A stretch of 51,649 bases of DNA, the filler included, from Cladosporium halotolerans (lineage: Eukaryota), in NCBI RefSeq assembly GCF_011745625.1. It is 2 parts of 2 records of this genome, joined end to end, with 100 filler letters (N's around TTAATTAATTAA, not from the genome) between each part and the next. Parts side by side here need not be neighbours in the genome. Positions count along the whole stretch, not along the records: positions 26,383 to 51,649 come from NW_027191538.1; 1 more part is not named here. The stretch is one strand, 5' to 3'. The position numbers and the translations under genes are program-made. Below the pieces are notes generated by a model. It was not told the DNA's origin, ran no database searches, and worked only from the letters and a program-made list of their open reading frames with translations. How positions within the stretch are numbered: position 1 is the stretch's first letter; each line of letters begins with the position of its first letter. Shown in pieces: positions 45,500-51,649 of this stretch.

Positions 45500-45670
45500 T
45501 GTTACGAATATGGGTTTAGGCAGCCTAAGGCTACTAAGCTCTAGGACGCGGTTGAGACTGCTTAGCGCGACATCCTCGATAATGATACTGAACACGCTCG
45601 AGTCACGTGACAAGTGCTTAGTGATTAGTATGCTCAGCGGTACCAAGTATACTGATCATATGATACCAAA
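45500..45670 (+). mobile_element. Possible partial LTR (solo-LTR fragment)
   Basis: Begins TGTTACGAATATGGG, like many fungal Ty3/gypsy LTR 5' ends, and contains GTCACGTGAC. It is interrupted by the LINE fragment. No second copy is present in the window. Confidence 0.3.
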
Positions 45671-47570
45671 CAAGCTATAGAAACGGAATGGGGAAGCATA
45701 GCGCCGAAATCAACGTGCAAATACCTAGGTGTAATGATGAACAAGAAATTGGATTGGAAGGCACATGTCGAAGAAATCAAACGGAGGGTCACAAAGTCAA
45801 TCAACTGCCTGGCCTCCCTAGGTAGCTCGACGTGGTGCATACGCTTACCGGACATGCGGAAGCTCTACGATGGAGTGGTCATACCGCAGATTATGTATGC
45901 ATGCTCAGCTTGGTCCAACTCAAGAGGGGCCGGCATCCCGTACACAAGGAAAACGCTTCAGATCCTCCAGAGCTTACAAGCACGAGGAGCTAGAACCATT
46001 TGCGGAGCGTTCAAGGCGACGTCCAGAGCCGCTCTAGATGTTGAGGCTCACCTGATTCCCGTTGTACAGCAAATAGAGAGGCACAACACATATGCCTTGG
46101 GCCGTACGATGTCGTGTCAGACGATCCCAGACCTCGCAGACGTTTCGAGGGATGAGTCCAACGACAACGTGCCCAGGGCTATGTACCTCAGCCCGCTACG
46201 TAACATTCGCTCCCGATGCAAAGGTAGACTGTCGACTAGCATCCATCCCCCAGAACCAATAGTGCCCTTCGTTGCGCCGCCGTGGTGGGAAGGGCCCGCC
46301 ACGCACATAGAGCCGGAGACAGATGCCTGTTCTACACACGATACTGAGATTACGAGGGGAGATATCTGCATCTACACAGACGGCAGTTGCATCAGTGGCC
46401 ATGTTGACGCAGCAGCAATATACCCTGAGAAGGGAAGGATAAGAGATGCATACATGGGGACAGACGCAACGTCAACAGTCTACGCCGCGGAGCTGCAGGG
46501 CATTAACCTCGCATTAATGATAGCGAAAGAAGAGACCAACGCAGGTGCGGTACAGCGGTGTATCCATGTCTTCGCCGACAATCAGGCCGCGCTTCGTTCC
46601 CTGACCAGGCCAGAAGGGAGGTCTGGGTCGTACATTCTCAAGCAGATTGTCGAGAGAATCGGTGCGCTTCAGAAAGCGGACACGAAGTAACAGTGCGATG
46701 GATACCTTCGCATAAGGGAATAGAGGGGAATGAAGCTGCCGACGTAGCCGCAAAGAAAGCGACAGGATGGAGGGAAGGCTCCGCGTCCGAACCAAGAGCC
46801 ACTCCTCCCCAAAGAGCTGTATTCACTCCATGCCCCGCTTAAGTTAAGGAGCCGGAAACAGACGAACGAAAACTGGCAGACCGAGTGGCAAAACGAAACG
46901 AGAGGCAGAGCCTCTTTCAGATATGCGCCGGTACCATCGGAAAAGGTATTGTAACTACACCGGGGCCTAAGTAAACGGCAAAGCGCCATCCTGGTGCAGC
47001 TGAGAACCGAGAAAGTAGGACTTCGCGACTTCTTACTCCGTCGGAAAGTGCCCGGAATCATGGACCCAATGTGCGACTGTCGGGAAGGCCGCCAGACGGT
47101 ACGACACGTCCTCTTAACGTGCAGGAAGCCCCGGGACCTCCGGAAGCAGGAAATTGGCCATTTGCCGGAACGCAACAATCTTCGGGTGATCCTCAGCAAG
47201 CGCAAAGCAGCCATCAAAGCCATCAATTTCATAGAACGTTCGCAGATCCTAGGGCAAAGCAGGGTCGAAGAGGAGTAGACGACGCCGAGCATTGGGGGAA
47301 GACTGTAGGTACGCAGACAGCGGAAGACAGGGATATCGACCACATAGCGATCATAGGGCGTGAGCCACCGTCTGCGAAGGCTGGCAGGCAATTGGAGACG
47401 GAGGCTGAAGAGAAGAAGGGAGGGTGATGGAGGCAGCTGGTCCAGCTGGTATCTAGGTGTCAGGCTGGGCGAAGTGGGGCGGCCCGCACGGGACGCGTCG
47501 GCTGTCTGCTGAGATGATGATGAACTTTATTCCGCCCGGCGCTAAGCACCTAAAGGGCAACACACTATTT
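45671..47570 (+). mobile_element. 5'-truncated Tad1-like LINE (RT thumb, RNase H, CCHC, 3' UTR), defective
   Basis: KYLGVMMNKKLDW, IMYACSAW, ICGAFKAT, IYTDGS, TVYAAELQGI, FADNQAAL, WIPSHKGIEGNEAADVAAK, QLRTEKVGL, CDCREGRQTVRHVLLTC. Frameshifts at ~46680-46840 and a TAA near 46952. Confidence 0.9.
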
Positions 47571-50500
47571 ACGTCCAAAAGTTTACATCTGGCTCGAAGA
47601 GGTTGAAACAAACACAGTTCCCAAACTCATTGTCCTTCACCATGAAGTCGACTTGACGTTATATATCCCTCTCACTCTCGAATGCTCGTGATTGCTGGTT
47701 GGCGGGTGTTCTTGAAGCTGTGTTTCCAAGTGTTCATCGTCCTATCTTCAGCAGATGAAGCGGGGGCCTGCCGTGTGCACGAGGGTGCGTGATTGGTGTG
47801 CGGAGTATATGGTTAGTAGGGTACGGGTTGTTGGGTCGTCGCTGACAGTCTTCTACCTCGCCGTTCGCCTCTGCGTGCTGGTGTCTCGTTCGAATCGTTT
47901 AGTGGCCAGAGTGAAATGAATCACGGCTCGCACTGCACCCATGTCAGGTGCCCAGTCGTCGATATCTGTCATGCCTTTACCTCCAAGCAGGCGCGGCAGG
48001 TCCTCGTCGTCTGCCCATACGCCCAAAATCTTCCGCTGCTCGCTCCACTTGACACAGTGAAAGATGAAGTGCTCTCTCGACTCGACTGCCTCACCACATT
48101 CGCAGAGATTCGTTTCCACTGCTTTGATGTTGTGCAAATACCCGTTCAGTGGTGTCATCCCTGTGCGGAGCTGCGCGAGGACACTCGCTTGTCTTTTGCT
48201 GAGCTCGTCGTACATGCGCCGAGTGTGACTGCCAGGCCACCCAGCGTCGATTCTGCGCACTGCGACCCCGACCATCGTCGGCATTTGCGCAGTCGTTTGC
48301 GCCAGGCGTTGTTGGGCCTTCAGAACAATCCGCTTGGTCAGTCTGGGTCGGTCACCGGCCACTCGTCCTTTGTCGGTGGACCGCTTCGCGAGCTGTTTCG
48401 CTCTTTGCCCGAGCTCGAAGATAGAGTTAACTGGAGCCCACGCAAATACTACGCGGATGCCGAACCCTTTCAGGAACTCTATATGTTTCAGAATCCCACC
48501 GATGATCCATTGCCTGGTCCGTTTGGGGAAAGCCCTCAAAGTGATCAGGACGGTACGGTTGTTGGTGAACACGCGCACGGTGTGGCCGTGTACTCGCGCC
48601 GATAAAGTCCCCTCGTACACCGCGCCGACAACAAAAGCAAGTCCCGCCTCGATCGAGGCCAGAGCGGCTGTGTAGGCGTCACTTTGCCCGATGGTGCCTA
48701 ACGTCTTGTCGTACTCGTGCCGCGCAGTGTGGTTTCTAACTCGATCTATGCTCTCGACCGCGCCGCCGATGCCGACCAGCTGGTTCCTGACCGACGCGCT
48801 GGTGGCGATGCGTATACCATGCGTCTCTTGAGATCGTGCGGCCGCCTGCAGTCCGTCGTCTGTGCCGTCGACTGTGTCGGGTCGCGCGTTCCATGGAGTA
48901 GAGATGTAAGGTTGTGTCGCCTCCAAGTCATCTAAAGGTGCACCCTGGCTGTACTCTGCGATCTTCTGCATAGGTGACACGAACCTTTTGCACGCCAGAC
49001 GTCTAGCTATCAGCGCGAGAGGGTGCGTGCCCGGCATGCTGCGGAGGTCGATCCACATCTTCAAGGCTTTTCGCTTGTGCCGTTCCTCTATCGTGGGCAG
49101 GTCTGCTTCTGCCTCTGCCACCGCTGTGCCGACCGTCTGGAAGCATCCGATCACTGCCTGTCCGCCGATCCTTTGCACTCGCTTGAGCACTCTCTCTGTA
49201 CTAGCCCTCCTGGCGTGCGTCCACACCGAGGATGCGTAGTCGACCACAGGAGCCACTGTCGCGTTGAACAGCTTGCGCGTCACTGACGGCGAGAGTCCTC
49301 GCAGCCGCTTCAGCGCCATGGCTGCCTGCAGTCCCTTCGTCGCAGCGCGGGCCGCGTGTTCTTGGTAGCGCAGTCGTGAGTCCATCACCAAGCCCAGGAT
49401 CTTGACGCTGGGCGTGGGCCGTATCTCCTCCCCTTTGACGCTGATCGGTTCTTCTGCGGACTGATGAGTGTTGTTCCTCGTGAAGTGGATGAAAGCGGTC
49501 TTGTCTCCTTCAAAGGACGCCCCGCTTCTGCTCTCCCATTCGGTCGCTCGTTGTACGATAGCCTGAAGCCGATCGATGTTCTCCGCGGCGGTCTTGCCCA
49601 CGACCCACGCGGTATAATCGTCCACGAAAGCGATCGCCCCACCGTTCCGGTCGATTCTTTGCTGCACAAGATCTGCGTTGAAGAAGAGAAACAAGATCGG
49701 AGACAAAGGGGAGCCTTGCGGCAGCCCAGCTTGTTCGAGTGCTCTCACACCCGATGCCTGGCCGTTCACCACAATCGTGGCCGTGCGTTCGGAGCAGAAG
49801 GCGTCGATCCACTTCACCAGGTCTGAGGGGATGCCCCTGGCCTGGAGCCGCTGCAACAGTCTGTCTTTGTAGACCCCGTTGTACGCCCCTTTCACATCGA
49901 AACTGACCAGGCTCACCACTCTCTTGTTCCTCCAAGCTGTGTAAATGTGCTCCTGGAGGAGCAGTAGTGCCTGCTCCGCCGATCTCTGCTTCCTAGCGCC
50001 AAAGTGGTTGGCTGGCAGCAGGCCGTAGGTCTCGACCGCAAATGAGATCCTCTCCGCGACGACTGCCTCCAGTAGTTTTCCCAGCGTCGACAGCAGTGAG
50101 ATGGGCCTCCACGCCTTCGCCAGGGTGTAGTCACCCTTGTTGGGCTTCTTGAGCGGGATAATCTTTGCGACTTTCCATTGCTGAGGGATCACGCCAGTGT
50201 CGAGGGACGTTTGAAACAGGCGGCGGACACTCTCACTCACGGCCGGCCATATTTGTCTCCACACTCCTGCTGGGAGGCCGTCTTCGCCCGCAGCCTTCCA
50301 CGGCTTGGTCTTCATAAGGCAGCACTCGATCTCTTCCACGGTCAGCTCCGGCATGGGGACGGGCTGCCTTTGTGGTCGGTCTCCCTCGTCCGCTATGGCC
50401 TCGGGTAGTGGTGGGAAGAAGGTAGCAAGCAGTTGTTCGGCTTGCTCGGAGTTGTTCGTCGTCATTGACCCGTCCGCCTTTTGTAGCGGTGGGATCTTTG

Positions 50501-51649
50501 ACCACCCCGAGCCATCGTCGGGCTTGAGGTAGCGGGTGGCCTTCCAGATGTTGGTTTCATCCGCCAGGAACTCATCCCAGTGCAGTCTTTGCTGCTTGCG
50601 TATCGCATCGTGGTACTCCTTCGCTGCCGCTCGCGCTTGTTGCTCTAGCTCCGAGAGTGCTTCTCCGGCTCGTCTTTGCGCACGCGCCCTGTTTCTCCAG
50701 TACGTGTATACCCGGCGGAGCTTCGTGAGGTCCTGCGTCCACCACCGCTTCGCATACGGTGAGGGCTTGGCTTTGGGCGTCAGCGTGCTGATCGCGTCCA
50801 GTACAACCTGCATCAGACGGTCGGCCTGTCTCTGGACGTCGCCACACGCTGGTCGATCCTGTAACGCTTGAGCAATGCGCTCTCGGATTGCCTTCCAGGG
50901 GGCACTTTTGAACAACAACCGCGGTTGAGTAGCATGATCTGGGGCGTCCACATCAAAGGACGTCTCAATCGCGCGATGATCTGAGCCGTGCTCCGTACCA
51001 TGTATCTTACACGTGAGAGCGCTCGACGCCAGCTCCTGCGACGCCAACATGAGGTCGATTGTCGTAGCGCGGGATGCGTTCTGCCACGTCTTCGTGCCGC
51101 GAGGCAGGAGGCTCTCGAGACTCCATCTGTTCATGAAGTCGATGATGGCGTCCGCCTCCCCTTGTCGGCTGGCCAGGACCTCATCTCCTCCCCACAGCTG
51201 GTCATGCCGATTGAAGTCGCCAGCTATCACAAGATCAAGTCGCGGGCCACCGCGGCGCTGCGACGTGCCTATTGCTTCGTCGAGCAGCATCACCGTCTCG
51301 CCCAACGCTGAAGCATTGCCCCCTTCCACGTACACCGACGCGAGCAGCACTGACCTATCCGGCAGTCGCAGCAGAACCACTGCGATGTCTGCCGATGGCA
51401 CATTCACCTGCTCACACTCGATATCCCTGCGCACCCACAACATGCTTCGCACCGCTCGACGCCCGTCGTGTCTTTGGCTCGGCAGAATGGCCGTCCAGCG
51501 CGGATGCCCCATCGGGCTCGTCCTCACCTTCCCATCCATCTAAAACGTACGGCTCGCTGATGGCGAGAGCCGTGTACTCCTTCAAGCCTGCGTCGTTCAT
51601 CACACTGTGTTGCACCTCTCTCCGTTTCTGCATGTTCAGTTGCAGGACT
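47571..51649 (-). mobile_element. Tad1-like LINE, ORF2 plus 3' UTR; 5' part lies beyond the window
   Basis: Carries the endonuclease-RT ORF at 47853-51649. Its 3' UTR faces the 3' UTR of the preceding LINE. The boundary is approximate. Confidence 0.9.
47853..51649 (-). CDS. LINE ORF2 polyprotein (AP endonuclease, reverse transcriptase, degenerate RNase H-like domain, CCHC) with one frameshift near 51541
   Basis: VLQLNMQK...ISEPYV (frameshift) AGDFNRHD, TIDL, HGSDH; KAAGEDG, WRPISLLS, FDVKGAYN, GLPQGSPLSPILF, AFVDD, KILGLVMD; QLRTGMTPLN, CECGEAVESREHFIFHC. 1228 aa are uninterrupted. Confidence 0.93.

Noticed and set aside
47916..51543. Plus-strand ORFs overlapping the LINE ORF2
   Set aside because: Antisense shadows of a GC-rich coding sequence.
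1..51649. Calling the region a Starship element
   Set aside because: No DUF3435 captain, typical auxiliary genes or defined boundaries were recognised in the window.

Overview
Fungal (filamentous ascomycete-like) genomic DNA with spliceosomal introns, rich in transposons. It consists of two contigs joined by an artificial 100-bp spacer at 26283-26382. The left contig holds a LINE relic, then the most notable feature: a three-gene module made of an intron-containing DMSO-reductase-family (NasA/NapA-like) molybdoenzyme, MobA (Moco guanylyltransferase) and a stand-alone MoeA. This is a prokaryote-type bis-MGD enzyme with its own cofactor-maturation genes in a eukaryote. The enzyme has Gly in place of the fourth Fe-S cysteine and an extra helical C-terminal domain. 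After the module come a transposon-truncated caleosin, grg1, a decayed Methyltransf_16 paralog, pogo/Fot1, Tc1-like and hAT elements, and a hypothetical gene. The right contig holds a Fot1 end, a regulator-dense block (three Zn2Cys6 factors, a divergent HMG-box protein, an F-box protein) and two tail-to-tail Tad1-like LINEs. All calls come from manual translation, splicing and motif recognition; no database searches were run.
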